Positions 54,201 through 64,000 are shown, counted from the stretch's first letter. The stretch is 64,000 bases of DNA from Kiritimatiellia bacterium (GCA_050949565.1 JBMNFY010000016.1:52032-116031); one strand, 5' to 3'. The notes: a model not told the origin generated them from the sequence alone. Program-made: numbers and translations.

Positions 54201-54521
54201 GAGGCGGAGACAGTTGGCGAGCGGCAGCGTCCAGATGCCCGCGCCGGATTTCGTCACCGAACCCGCTTCCGGCGAGATGAACAGGGTGTCAGTAATGGTA
54301 GCCGATGCCTCGACTTTCATGTCTAGGTGTTCGTAGCGCTCAACCGTCAGCTCTGCGGCTATAAGCGGTAATGCAAACAGCGACACATAGGCTGCGAGGA
54401 TTTTGATTGTCATGTGGAATAAAGAACCGCGCCTCGGTTTCACCGGCGCGACTTTCCTTGCATCGAATCGGACGAGCAGTTTTTCCATATGCGGCTTCCC
54501 GTACAGAACTGTCTTCTTCAT
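51224..54521 (-). CDS. Large secreted multi-domain protein (repeat, LamG-like, CBM-like); frameshift at C8 run ~53545
   Basis: ORFs 53490-54521 and 51224-53806 join at the homopolymer; VTKSGAGIW, AYLLQKW, LIKDGSFE; ends KGTTVILR. Confidence 0.72.
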
Positions 54522-54561
54522 GGCATCTCTCCTTTTAGTGTTTCCCTACGATAGCAATCCC

Positions 54562-55572
54562 TCACCAGGCTTGCAGTCCCGCGCTTTTAATGCGCGCGTC
54601 GATCTCTTCAATGGCTTTTGGAGGGAGATCAAAAGACGTTACGCTCTTGCGTCCATTCTTATCGACAGTACGCGTGAGCGTGTTGCGGAGCACGCCGAGT
54701 CGCTTGAACACCACGAGATGGGGTCCCCGCATTGAGCCGCCATCTGTTCCCGGCGACTTAAAAACTTCGCCGAGATTGACCATCACGAGATACCGTCCAA
54801 AGGTGTCCGCAAGTTCGGGATCGGCGGCAGTTTTCCCGGCTGCCGTCAGGTCGAGCATCTTCTGGAGAAGCCCCGCGTACATGGGGCGCTGGGTGATGAT
54901 GCCGGTCGTCCCGAGTCGCGGTCCCTGATAGAGAAACTGAGTCGCGCCCCAACCGGAAAAGACGCCCTTCACAACGGGTTTCGCGGCCATCATCGCTGCG
55001 ATACGGTCGTTGACATCCGACCGATTCGACTCCTCCTTGAAATAACCGTAGGTGTTCGGAAAATCCCGAGAAAGCCGCACTAGCAGATCCACCGATGGCT
55101 GCGGATTCGACCCTTTGCAGAAAGTCTGAATAATCACAGGAAGCGAGGTCTTCGTCGCGAGCAAACGATAGTGCGCCTCCATTGCGGCATCGGTTTTGGC
55201 GTCGTCCGGAGGACGTGCCAGAATTGCCGCCGAAATGCCGCGCTTGCTCACGATAGCGTCCCAAAGCTCAACCCGTTTCAGCGCCGTAGCGGAGTTGGTT
55301 CCGCAGCAGACCGCCGTAAGCCGGGACTTCATCCCGCCCTTTGCCCAGCGATCGGCAAGCGCGGTCAGTCCCGACTCGTACTCGCCCAACTCGTCGAGAA
55401 TGTTGATTTCGTTTGCCGTCGGCCAGATCACACCGCCTACGCCCTGCGCGTCGACGTATTCCGCCTCTCGGACCAGAATTTCGTGATCCAGTTCCGCTTT
55501 TTCCGTGTAGGGCGTAACCAACAGCGGATACGCTCCTTTCAACACGACCGCAGCGACCAAAGCTTTTACCAT
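54562..55572 (-). CDS. Dihydrodipicolinate synthase / aldolase family protein
   Basis: GAYPLLVTPY, LPVIIQ, YFKEES (Schiff-base Lys). Confidence 0.8.
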   Translation of the reverse strand: MVKALVAAVVLKGAYPLLVTPYTEKAELDHEILVREAEYVDAQGVGGVIWPTANEINILDELGEYESGLTALADRWAKGGMKSRLTAVCCGTNSATALKRVELWDAIVSKRGISAAILARPPDDAKTDAAMEAHYRLLATKTSLPVIIQTFCKGSNPQPSVDLLVRLSRDFPNTYGYFKEESNRSDVNDRIAAMMAAKPVVKGVFSGWGATQFLYQGPRLGTTGIITQRPMYAGLLQKMLDLTAAGKTAADPELADTFGRYLVMVNLGEVFKSPGTDGGSMRGPHLVVFKRLGVLRNTLTRTVDKNGRKSVTSFDLPPKAIEEIDARIKSAGLQAW

Positions 55573-55614
55573 GTCCTTCGCTCCTTGCGTTTTCGACGGG
55601 TGATGGGTTTCAGG

Positions 55615-56808
55615 TTACTCCTTCCGAATTCCGAATACTTTGCGGACGGCCTCAAGGTGCGCGGTACCATAGTGCTCCTCGGGCAACAGGAACTGGCCTT
55701 CCGTCCACTCGTTCCAGGCGTTGATCAGTACGGCAGGCGGTGCTTTGGGATCGTCGCGCACCGCCTGCGCGGCATCGCGTAGCAACTGTTCGAAGCGTTC
55801 GGCGGTCACGCCGGTGACAATCGGGGAGTAGGGGTAGGCAAAGGGCTTGAAGGGCCACGGCACATCGGCGCGGCAGCGCGGCGATGAGTCCCATCCGCGC
55901 GTGACAACCGGGATGTTCATAAGGTCGGCCGAGAGCATGTTCTTCCAGTGTGCGCGGTGGGCCTCCATGACGTCAGCGTAATCCTCGGTGCCGTCCTCGC
56001 GGACCTTGCGGGCTGAGGCTACGTTGTAGCGGCATGTGCTGTGGAATCCGGCTTCTTTCGCGGCGGCGGATTGCGCAGGCGAGCCTACCATCGCGTTCCA
56101 GTGCATCGGCGGCAGGCCTGCGGCGCGGAGGCGCGCGTCGACCTTTTGGAACGCGGCGCACGTCTTCTCGGGACCACCCATCTGCCGCACGAATTCGTGC
56201 GTTTGGAAGATGCTGTAAAAGAGCCCCCCGTTGACGCGCCAGTAGTTGGGTTCACGGAAGTAGTGCTCGATGCAGTAGTCGATCATGCGCAGCAAATCCT
56301 TCTCCGAATGGAACGAGCGCAACCAGACGTTGCGCGGCTGGACGTGTTCTGGACGGAACTGGTCGCGCCGGTCGTGGTTGGCCCACATCAGCGCGAATTT
56401 CAGGCGCGAGCGGTTCGGCGCTTTGAGGAAACCGTTTTCTAACGCCTCCTGCATGTTTTGCACGCCGCTGTACCAGTACCAGTCATAGACGAATACGTCG
56501 ATGCCGTTGTCGGCGGCCAGATCGATCTCCTTTGCCGTCCATGCCGGGTCGCTTTCGTCGAAGTAGCCCCAAGTCGGTTTGAGCGGTTGAACATGACCGG
56601 GGAAACGCGGCACGGCGGTCTTGACAAACTCCCATTCGGTCCAGCCCTCGCCCTTCCAGGCACTGCCGTGGTCGTAGGGGTGCCAGTGCGGGTAGTAGAT
56701 CACGGCGATCTCGGGCCGTGTTGTCTGGCTCTGTTGAGCAAAGGCAGACATGAGTGCGCAGACACTCATGACGACCGCCAGCATGATGCGTGTTATGTGT
56801 GTGTTCAT
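55615..56808 (-). CDS. GH99-like / WbsX-family protein
   Basis: YYPHWH, GWTEWE, FVYDWYWY, LMWANH, INAWNEWTEG. Confidence 0.88.
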   Translation of the reverse strand: MNTHITRIMLAVVMSVCALMSAFAQQSQTTRPEIAVIYYPHWHPYDHGSAWKGEGWTEWEFVKTAVPRFPGHVQPLKPTWGYFDESDPAWTAKEIDLAADNGIDVFVYDWYWYSGVQNMQEALENGFLKAPNRSRLKFALMWANHDRRDQFRPEHVQPRNVWLRSFHSEKDLLRMIDYCIEHYFREPNYWRVNGGLFYSIFQTHEFVRQMGGPEKTCAAFQKVDARLRAAGLPPMHWNAMVGSPAQSAAAKEAGFHSTCRYNVASARKVREDGTEDYADVMEAHRAHWKNMLSADLMNIPVVTRGWDSSPRCRADVPWPFKPFAYPYSPIVTGVTAERFEQLLRDAAQAVRDDPKAPPAVLINAWNEWTEGQFLLPEEHYGTAHLEAVRKVFGIRKE

Positions 56809-58316
56809 CGTAGGACCTCCTGTTTTTGGGTGTGTCGAAAACTGGATGCGTCAGCCGTGTGCAATTGTGGGGTGACCACCGCTGCTTCGATGTTGAGCAC
56901 GTTGGCAAGTTTAACAAGGCTTTCGGCGTGGTGGCCGACACCCAAGGCAAAGTGGTGGGTCGGCCCCTCGGCCACCCAGCGCAGCAGGAAGGTGCGCACG
57001 TCAGGTAGAAACTTGCCGTGAGTGTTGGTGTTGCCGGTCGGCGGGATCGGCCCGGCCATAGACTCGCCTTCGGCGATGATGAATTTCATCTGACCGTCTG
57101 CCTTGACGCCGATCGAGAGCATCGTGATTGGACCTTCCTTGATGTTGAACTCAACGCCCGCGCCTTTGCCGGGCTTGCCGTGGTAGGTCTTGAGTGAGCG
57201 CAACACCGGTTTACGCGAGGCGATGTTGAGGTGGTGCGGCCCATCATGGCCGACGAGCACCGTGTCGCGGTCGAAGTCGATCGGATGGAACTCGGCGAAA
57301 CTGCCGCCGATGTCCAAGCGGTCCATAATCATCATCGCGATGCAGTTTTTCAAATCGTACTCGCCACACATCGGGAATCCCGCACTGGTCAAAAGCGAGT
57401 TGCCCACGATCAGGTTGGTGACCAACTCGCGCATCGGGGTGTCGGGCAACGCCTCGTAGTAGTAGGCGAGCCCGTCGAGTTTACGCTCGGCGATGAAGGC
57501 CTCCAACGCCACGGCGGCGCGGGCGGCGACATCAAGGTCGCGTTCGGTCAGCCTGGTGGTGATCGGGTCGGAGACCGGGTCGGGCGTGTCGAAGAAATCG
57601 AGAATGCGCCGCTTCATGGCTTCAGTCGCGGGCGGGTCGCCGGCCAGATAGTGCTTGAGGATCTCGTCCGGCTCGCACAGCGCGATGTGGCAGCCGAAGG
57701 CCGCGGTCACGGCAGTCGGATCGACGTGCATGTCATACATCGATTCCAGCACGTGGCCCATCAGCCCGATGCGCGCACGCCGCAGGTCGTGCAGCACCTT
57801 GGCAATCTGGCACCAGCGCGCGATTTCGCCGTCGGCGATCGGGTCGTTCTCGCGGACGCCGAGGATCACGTCAGCCACGGGACGTCCCATACGGATTGCC
57901 ACGCCGGTGAACTCGGGCACCGAGCAGAAGTCGTCGTTGCAGAGCTGGATATAGGTTCTGGCCGTCTCATACGGCATTGCGCGCAGCGGCTGGAGTGCCA
58001 CCAGCACGATCGGCACATTCAGGTCGCGCACGAGAATGCCGAAGGTGGAGGAGGTGGCGTAGGTGACCATGTCGATGAACAACAGGTCGAGGTCGGCGGC
58101 CTGCATCGCGGGCAGTGCCGCGTAGGCGGTCTCCGCATTGTCGAGTAGGCCGAAGCAGACGGTCTCCACTCCGTGCGTTTTGACTTTGCCGTCGAAGACC
58201 TCAAGCTTGCGGTGCATTTCGTCGAGCAGGCCTTCGAACTGCGCCCAGTAGGTGTGATGGCCCACGCCGACGATGCCGACCTTTGCGGTCAGCGGTTTTC
58301 TGCGCTCAATCTTCAC
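56805..58316 (-). CDS. L-fucose/L-arabinose isomerase family protein
   Basis: GTG start VKIERRK; CGEYD, GSFAEF, GHDGPHH, GPTHHFALGVGH. Confidence 0.85.
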   Translation of the reverse strand: MKIERRKPLTAKVGIVGVGHHTYWAQFEGLLDEMHRKLEVFDGKVKTHGVETVCFGLLDNAETAYAALPAMQAADLDLLFIDMVTYATSSTFGILVRDLNVPIVLVALQPLRAMPYETARTYIQLCNDDFCSVPEFTGVAIRMGRPVADVILGVRENDPIADGEIARWCQIAKVLHDLRRARIGLMGHVLESMYDMHVDPTAVTAAFGCHIALCEPDEILKHYLAGDPPATEAMKRRILDFFDTPDPVSDPITTRLTERDLDVAARAAVALEAFIAERKLDGLAYYYEALPDTPMRELVTNLIVGNSLLTSAGFPMCGEYDLKNCIAMMIMDRLDIGGSFAEFHPIDFDRDTVLVGHDGPHHLNIASRKPVLRSLKTYHGKPGKGAGVEFNIKEGPITMLSIGVKADGQMKFIIAEGESMAGPIPPTGNTNTHGKFLPDVRTFLLRWVAEGPTHHFALGVGHHAESLVKLANVLNIEAAVVTPQLHTADASSFRHTQKQEVLR

Positions 58317-59826
58317 TGATGGTTCCTTTGTAAGTTGATGGTTCTTCTGCGTCCCGGCCTTGAAAGAACAGCCCGCGTTGCTGATCCGCCGACGGCGGCG
58401 GGAAGAGCCCGCTCGCCAGCCATCCGACCAGCAAGGTCGGGAAAAAGGCGAAGGCGCCGCTCCACCAGGTCGGGATGCCTGGGTGGAGATGGACCAGCGC
58501 GATGCCCACCGCGCCAGCGGCCAGACCGATTGCGGCACCGCCGGTGTTGGCGCGGCGCGAGGACATGCCCAGCACGTAAACACCCAGCAGCAATCCGAGG
58601 AAGGTGCTGGCCACCGCCGTGATCTGATCGATAAAGTTCTTGCCAATGTAGGGCGCGAGCAGCGCGGCACCGATGACACCTACGCCGATTAACGTGGTCA
58701 GCAGCCGACTGGCGCGCACCGAGGTTTCGCTTCGGTTCAGCACATCGAAGGTCAACACCGAGGCAATGCTGTTGATGCCGCCATCCAGCGTGCTCAGAGC
58801 CGCCGCAAGCAGACCGGCACACATCAATCCGACAATGCCCGGCACGCGCAGATCATGCACGATGAAGTATGGCAGGATCTGGTCCTGATTAGCCAGCGCC
58901 GGCAGGGCACCAGCGCGCTGCTGGTAATAAACGAAGAGCACGGTACCGGTGAGGATGAAAAGGAAGTACACGGCGGTCGCGACCACCGCATTGAGCACCA
59001 AAGCGCGGCGCAGTTCTTTGCGGCCGGACATGCTGAGATAACGCTGCACGGTGATTTGCGAGGTGGTGTAGCCGGGCAGGTAGACGAAGAGCCCGAGTGC
59101 CAACACCCACCAGATGCTGGTTTGCCCCGTCAAGCCAGCGGAGAGGTCCGCGAGTTGGAACTTGCTGTGGGCGTGACCGATCTCGATAACCTTTGCGAAA
59201 CCGCCGTCTACGCTGCCGACGGCCAACAACAGGATCACGATGACGCATCCACCGAGGGTGATCGCCTGCAGCACGTCCAGCCAGATGATGCCCTTCAGGC
59301 CGCCGGAACAGGCGTACAGGATCGCCACGAGCCCGACGCCGATCAGGGTCAGCATAAAGGCGGTCGGGCTCAAGCCGATGATCGCATCGAGGATCACGAT
59401 CAGCGTGTACAGCATGCTGCCCAGCCAGCCGAAGGCATAGCCGAAGAAGAGCAGCGCGCCCAAGCGGCGCAGGCGCGGATGAAAGCGGATCTCCAGATAT
59501 TCGTACACGCTGCGCACCCCCAGGCGCGTATAGAGCGGCACAAAGACGTACCAGAGCAACGGCGTGATGAGCAGCGGGATCATGAGCAGGACCGCGAGGA
59601 TGCTCCAGTTGCGGTAAGCTCCCTCACGCGGCAGCATCACGAAGGCGGCGGCGCTAAAGGCAGCCGCAAAGATTGAGAGTCCGACTGCAAAGCCGTTCAT
59701 GCTTTTGCCGCCGGTGAAAAAGTCGTCGGCGCTTCCCTGTCGCCGCGATGCCAGCCAAGCTAGTGCGGCGGTGAACGCCACATAGACCACAATAACCATC
59801 CCGTCGATAATTGAAAGCCCGTTCAT
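58306..59826 (-). CDS. Sodium:solute symporter
   Basis: DFFTGG, SVYEYLEIRF, GGLKGIIWLD, VQRYL, AAALSTLD. Confidence 0.92.
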   Translation of the reverse strand: MNGLSIIDGMVIVVYVAFTAALAWLASRRQGSADDFFTGGKSMNGFAVGLSIFAAAFSAAAFVMLPREGAYRNWSILAVLLMIPLLITPLLWYVFVPLYTRLGVRSVYEYLEIRFHPRLRRLGALLFFGYAFGWLGSMLYTLIVILDAIIGLSPTAFMLTLIGVGLVAILYACSGGLKGIIWLDVLQAITLGGCVIVILLLAVGSVDGGFAKVIEIGHAHSKFQLADLSAGLTGQTSIWWVLALGLFVYLPGYTTSQITVQRYLSMSGRKELRRALVLNAVVATAVYFLFILTGTVLFVYYQQRAGALPALANQDQILPYFIVHDLRVPGIVGLMCAGLLAAALSTLDGGINSIASVLTFDVLNRSETSVRASRLLTTLIGVGVIGAALLAPYIGKNFIDQITAVASTFLGLLLGVYVLGMSSRRANTGGAAIGLAAGAVGIALVHLHPGIPTWWSGAFAFFPTLLVGWLASGLFPPPSADQQRGLFFQGRDAEEPSTYKGTISED

Positions 59827-59934
59827 AACAGCTTTAAAATAGCCGAGAACCGTGCAAATGTCGATAGATGTTTCACGTATCTTTTTTCGATGTTTTGCGC
59901 ATATGCGATGTTGCGCCGCGACTTCGACAAGGCG

Positions 59935-60260
59935 AGTTGTTTTTACCACAGAGACACAGAGACGCAGAGGTTTTTTGGGGTGGCGCTGCTCAGTTTATTT
60001 AACGCAGAGGCGCAGAGACGCAGAGGTTTTTTGGGGGGCAGGGCAACCTCCCTTATTGCGACCACCCAGTGGTCGCAATGATGAGTGTAAAAGTGGCGGT
60101 ATCCCGTGAGCCGGACGCAAGGCTGGCGCGGAGCAATGTGGCACGGGCATCTTGCCCGTGGCGGCGGCGTTTACGCCGCCGCGGACGAGCAGACGCTCGC
60201 CCCTCCCGGTGCTGCGCGAGCCCGATCATGGCTGGAGGGCGAGTGTCCCCACGAGCCGTC
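59935..60260. repeat. Intergenic cluster: two trimer modules, TTGCGACCAC palindrome and two REP types
   Basis: cacagagacacagagacgcagag-gttttttgggg; cgcagaggcgcagagacgcagag; attgcgaccacccagtggtcgcaat; gtggcacgggcatcttgcccgtg. Confidence 0.8.
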
Positions 60261-60324
60261 TTCCGTTGCGCGGAAGGATGCGGTTTGAGTGGAGCGGCGG
60301 AACTTGCTACGATACGCGCAACGC

Positions 60325-61513
60325 ATGAAACAGTCCGTCATTCCGCGCGTGGTGATTATGACATCCACGATCGCCAAAGGCTTGCAAGAGATGCTGCAAG
60401 GGGTGCTGGCTTATGCGCAGGAGCATGGGTCGTGGCGGATTTACCAGCAGGAGAACCGGCGCTGGATGTATGAACTGCACGATCTTAAGCGTTGGGGGTG
60501 TACCGGGATCATCGCAGCGGATTATCACACCGTCGAAGAGGCGCGGCAGATCGCCGCGCTGAAGGTGCCAGTGGTGGTGCTGCTGCAACCGCACCCGATG
60601 CGCCAGCGCGGCTATCCGCTTTTCAAATGGCCGTGCGTGGTGTGGAACTCGACCGCGATAGGGCGCATGGCGGCCGAATACTTTGTGGAGCGGCACTATA
60701 CGCACTTCGCTTTTGTTGGACACATCTACAGCGACTCTTACTGGTCGGTGGCGCGCGAGCGCGGGTTCCGTGCGGCGTTGCGTGCGCACGGTCACCGGAA
60801 GTGCCATGTATACGCGCCGTGCACGGCGGCAGAGCAGCGGGACTGGGCGATGGAGCGGCCGCGTATGGAGGCGTGGCTGCGTGCGTTGCCGAAACCGGTG
60901 GCGCTGTTCGCACCGAACGACCGGCGCGGCAAGCAGGTGTTGGATGCCTGTCTGGACGCGGGGGTTTCAGTGCCGGACGAGGTGGCCGTGTTGGGGGTGG
61001 ACAACGACGAATGGATTTGCGAGGCGTCGGTGCCGACGCTCTCCAGCATCCAATGCGACCCGAGACCGGCCGGGTATCGGATCGCCGCGCATCTCGATCG
61101 GCTGATGCGTGGGGAGCGGCTGCGTCAAGACCGAGTACGGGGTGGAGCCGATTCGTGTGGTCACGCGCCAGTCGACGGAGTGGGTGGCGATTGCCGATCA
61201 GAAGATGGCCGCCGCGCTACGTTATATTCGGCAGCATGCGCATGAGCGCGATTTGCGCGTGGCGGACATCGCGCGCAGTGTGGGGCTGTCACGGCGTGCG
61301 ACGGAAATACGGTTCCGCGCGGCGACTGGGCGCACGTTGCGGGGGGAGATCGAACATGTGCGGCTGGAGCGGCTGCGTGCGCTACTGACAGAGTCGGACG
61401 CCACGATCGGCGCGTGTACCGAGGCGTGCGGGTTTGCCGGACAGACCCATGCCGGCCGGGTCTTCCGGCAACGCTTCGGCATGACGATGGGGCAGTGGCG
61501 GAAGGGGCAGTAA
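60325..61513 (+). CDS. XylR-type regulator (periplasmic-binding fold + AraC HTH), frameshift at ~61130
   Basis: LPKPVALFAPND, VPDEVAVLGVDND; second frame VVTRQST...AALRYIRQH...CGF...FRQRFGMT. Confidence 0.85.
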
Positions 61514-61545
61514 CGTTGAACGCCGAACGCCGAACGCAGAACGTC
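61512..61545. repeat. 7-bp tandem (GAACGCC-like)
   Basis: aacgttgaacgccgaacgccgaacgcagaacg; related AACGTTC tandem at 63503-63532. Confidence 0.7.
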
Positions 61546-61562
61546 GAAGTTTGAAGCGTTCA

Positions 61563-61695
61563 GAGGCTCTTGCAAAACCCCTCGTGGCATGGGCGTCCCG
61601 CCCATGAGGCAAACACGGGCAAGATGCCCGTGCCACGCCCCTTGTGACATGGGCGTCTCGCCCATGAAAGAGCAACAAGGTTTTGCAAGAGCCTC
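61563..61695. mobile_element. MITE, 133 bp, perfect 17-bp TIRs, carrying REP-like palindromes
   Basis: GAGGCTCTTGCAAAACC and GGTTTTGCAAGAGCCTC; flanks GTTCA and GTTTA. Confidence 0.78.
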
Positions 61696-61697
61696 GT

Positions 61698-63266
61698 TTA
61701 ACGTTCTTCATCCTTCAACATTACTGTCGTGCGTGCCGTAATCAGGACCGGAGAATCCCACATGGGGATGTTCTTGAGCACCAGACTCTCTTCCTGCCGA
61801 TCAATCTGCGTCTCTGGAATCGCAAAGACGCGTCCGGTAATCATATCCACCCATACGGGTTGATCCAGTCGCTCGGGAATCATCAAATCAATCTGGTCGA
61901 AATCAAGCCTGTCGCTTGGACGCGCTTCGCAGAACCAGTAGAACCGCAAGGACTTGCCGTGGCGCGTAAAGAGTGTGCAGGCGAGATCATGCGGCTTCTG
62001 GTCGCGAGGATCGGCGCGCTTCTGAATGGCGAAGTTCTTCAACACGAGGTTCTTCTGGGGCAGTGTCTCGTCGTCGAAGAGCGAATAGATGTTGCTCATC
62101 GCATACCAGGAAGGGCGGCGGTAGACGAACTCCTTGAGCAGGTTCGAGCGAACGAGGCCGAAACTCTGAAGCATGAACGTGTACTTGAGATCAATCATCG
62201 TGAAGACGCTCGAGGGAATCGATCGCGCTGAATCGCCGATCGCGCGGCGCAGATTCCATTTCGCCTGCGAATACTCCGTCCATTCGATCCCATTCATCGC
62301 ATGCCCGAACTCAAGTTGGGACGGGCATCCCACCTCTCCCTGCATGATGTCGAAGTTGGCGGAATACCCCTTCACAAACTTGCGGAGCGGTTCGGCAAGA
62401 TGACCGTAGGATGCCTCGGGAACAGGACTATACGGGTGGTAGAGGAAATAGGATCCGAGATCAAGCGCGTTCTCTTTCTTTAGCTTTTCCAACACCATCG
62501 CGTAATCGCTCTTCATCGGATCGCGTGCGTTCCAGGAGATCGCCGTGCAGAAGCACTTGGCCGCAGGTTGAATTTCACGGATGGCCTTCGCCGTGTGATA
62601 GAAGAGTTCGGCGTATTCCCTGGCCTGTCCAAAGGGCTCATTCCAGATTTCCCACTCGTCGACCACGTCCTTGTAGCGTTCAACCAGCGCCTTCGTGTAG
62701 CGAATCCAGGCGTCAAAAGCATCCGGATTGTCCGTCACTGGTTTCAAGCGCATACCGAGGCGGAAGTCGCTACCCCACACGGGATTGCCGTAGGAGATGC
62801 AAACCCAAGGCTTCACGCTCATCGCCGCACATTCGCGGATCTGCGGATCGAGCCATGTGAAGTCGTATTTTCCCTTCTCCTGTTCGGTCTTCGCCCAGCC
62901 GCTGAAAAACCGCGCATGCTTGACGCCCAACATCGGGATGAGGGCCTTGAAGCTGTCCCAGTCGGCATAGTCGCGGTCCATCGTCTCACATCCAACCGAC
63001 CATTTAGACGATTTGACTTGGTCCGACGTGCGTGTGGCGAGGCGGCCGATTTCCTTCAAGCCTGGGTTGACGGCGTTGAGTTTCTGCCACGTCACGTTCC
63101 GCTTCTCCTTCTGCAGGATATTCGTCACCGCGGCCTTCGCCTTGTGGTCATCCCATGCATCCCAACTCTTAATCTTGTCTGCATCCTTAAATGCGACAAC
63201 ACCATTGCCTGCACACCATGAAGTTGCAGACAGCAAGCCAATTACGGCGATCCAGCCTGTTTTCAT
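61698..63266 (-). CDS. Clan GH-A glycoside hydrolase (GH39/beta-galactosidase-like)
   Basis: Signal peptide; GCETMDRD, GKYDFTWLD, EWEIWNEP, MQGEVG. Confidence 0.8.
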   Translation of the reverse strand: MKTGWIAVIGLLSATSWCAGNGVVAFKDADKIKSWDAWDDHKAKAAVTNILQKEKRNVTWQKLNAVNPGLKEIGRLATRTSDQVKSSKWSVGCETMDRDYADWDSFKALIPMLGVKHARFFSGWAKTEQEKGKYDFTWLDPQIRECAAMSVKPWVCISYGNPVWGSDFRLGMRLKPVTDNPDAFDAWIRYTKALVERYKDVVDEWEIWNEPFGQAREYAELFYHTAKAIREIQPAAKCFCTAISWNARDPMKSDYAMVLEKLKKENALDLGSYFLYHPYSPVPEASYGHLAEPLRKFVKGYSANFDIMQGEVGCPSQLEFGHAMNGIEWTEYSQAKWNLRRAIGDSARSIPSSVFTMIDLKYTFMLQSFGLVRSNLLKEFVYRRPSWYAMSNIYSLFDDETLPQKNLVLKNFAIQKRADPRDQKPHDLACTLFTRHGKSLRFYWFCEARPSDRLDFDQIDLMIPERLDQPVWVDMITGRVFAIPETQIDRQEESLVLKNIPMWDSPVLITARTTVMLKDEER

Positions 63267-63360
63267 AACGTCTAACGCGGGCGAAGCCCGCAACCCAATT
63301 TAACTAGTTAATTAGTGCATCAGTGCATTAGTTTGTCTGGGGGAGCACTGCCGCGCTTCG

Positions 63361-63460
63361 CAGTGCCCCTCAAAAAAATTCTGCACCTCTGCGTTAAACA
63401 AACTCGAACGGCGCCCCTAAAAAACTTCGTGCCCTTCGTGTCTTCGCGTGAGAAACGACT
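63361..63460. repeat. Two trimer modules (TCTGC and TTCGTG types)
   Basis: cccctcaaaaaaattctgcacctctgcgttaaac; cccctaaaaaacttcgtgcccttcgtgtcttcgcg. Confidence 0.7.
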
Positions 63461-63544
63461 TGTTTTTTATCGGCCTTGTCGACCGGTACGGCACCAACGC
63501 GCAACGTTCAACTTTCAACGCTCAACGTTCAAGTGAGGAAAAGC

Positions 63545-63634
<90 letters not shown>

Positions 63635-63710
63635 GTAATAGAGCGTGTTCTTTATAGCGGTTCGGTTCTGAGAACTCAACCCCAAAAATGGAGAATTTTA
63701 CAACGGCGTG

Positions 63711-63739
63711 TTGACATCGGACTGATGGGATGGTTAAAT
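63711..63739 (+). promoter_or_regulatory. Sigma70 promoter for the tRNA-Ala/Pro pair
   Basis: TTGACA-N17-TTAAAT. Confidence 0.6.
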
Positions 63740-63770
63740 AACCCAGTTTTTCGCCTGCGAAAGGCGATGT

Positions 63771-63846
<76 letters not shown>

Positions 63847-63861
63847 CTTAAGAACCCCTTT

Positions 63862-63938
63862 CGGGGCGTAGCGCAGACTGGTAGCGCGTTTGCTTGGGGT
63901 GCAAAAGGTCTCGGGTTCAAATCCCGACGCCCCGACCA
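63862..63938 (+). tRNA. tRNA-Pro (GGG)
   Basis: CGGGGCG acceptor, anticodon arm tttgc-tt-GGG-gt-gcaaa, CCA end. Confidence 0.97.
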
Positions 63939-63955
63939 TTTAAAGAGCGTCAGGC

Positions 63956-63984
63956 CTCGAAAACGGATCGTTTTCGGGGTTTTT
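63956..63984 (+). terminator. Hairpin/U-tract after tRNA-Pro
   Basis: ctcgaaaacg-gat-cgttttcggg-gttttt. Confidence 0.6.
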
Positions 63985-64000
63985 GCGTTTAGGTCGCCGA

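Noticed and set aside
63300-63311. TTAACTAGTTAA as a TrpR-like operator
   Set aside because: A single short AT-rich palindrome upstream of a glycosidase, with no trp context.
63938-64000. Island attachment site after tRNA-Pro
   Set aside because: The window ends here; no duplicated tRNA 3' end or integrase is visible.

Overview
A GC-rich (roughly 60-65% by eye) chromosomal window, most likely from a PVC-superphylum bacterium of the Kiritimatiellota/Lentisphaerota type. That placement is inferred from gene content and protein style. Housekeeping genes (comEC, murC-like, lpxC, class II nrdJ with tandem NrdR boxes, gluQ, gyrB, dut, lptD, hsp20 pair, four tRNAs) alternate with many secreted carbohydrate-active proteins and large beta-repeat surface proteins. 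There are two type II TA modules and a long minus-strand sugar-utilisation run opposite an XylR-type regulator. No CRISPR array, prophage or intact transposase is seen. The most unusual signals are: (1) a tandem winged-HTH gene bracketed by four identical perfect 26-bp palindromes, arranged as two homologous palindrome-spacer-palindrome units; (2) a nested set of non-autonomous intergenic repeats, including a MITE with perfect TIRs and TSD, REP-carrying MITEs, modular 9-bp-trimer cassettes, and 7/8-mer tandems that have entered a CDS in frame; (3) a 40-bp promoter duplication bounding a two-gene CAZyme block; (4) a shared C-terminal G-T-x-x-x-L-R motif on barrel-less autotransporter-like proteins. 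Several genes carry 1-2 bp frameshifts, often at homopolymers or dinucleotide runs, probably assembly errors. All product calls come from motif recognition, not database searches.
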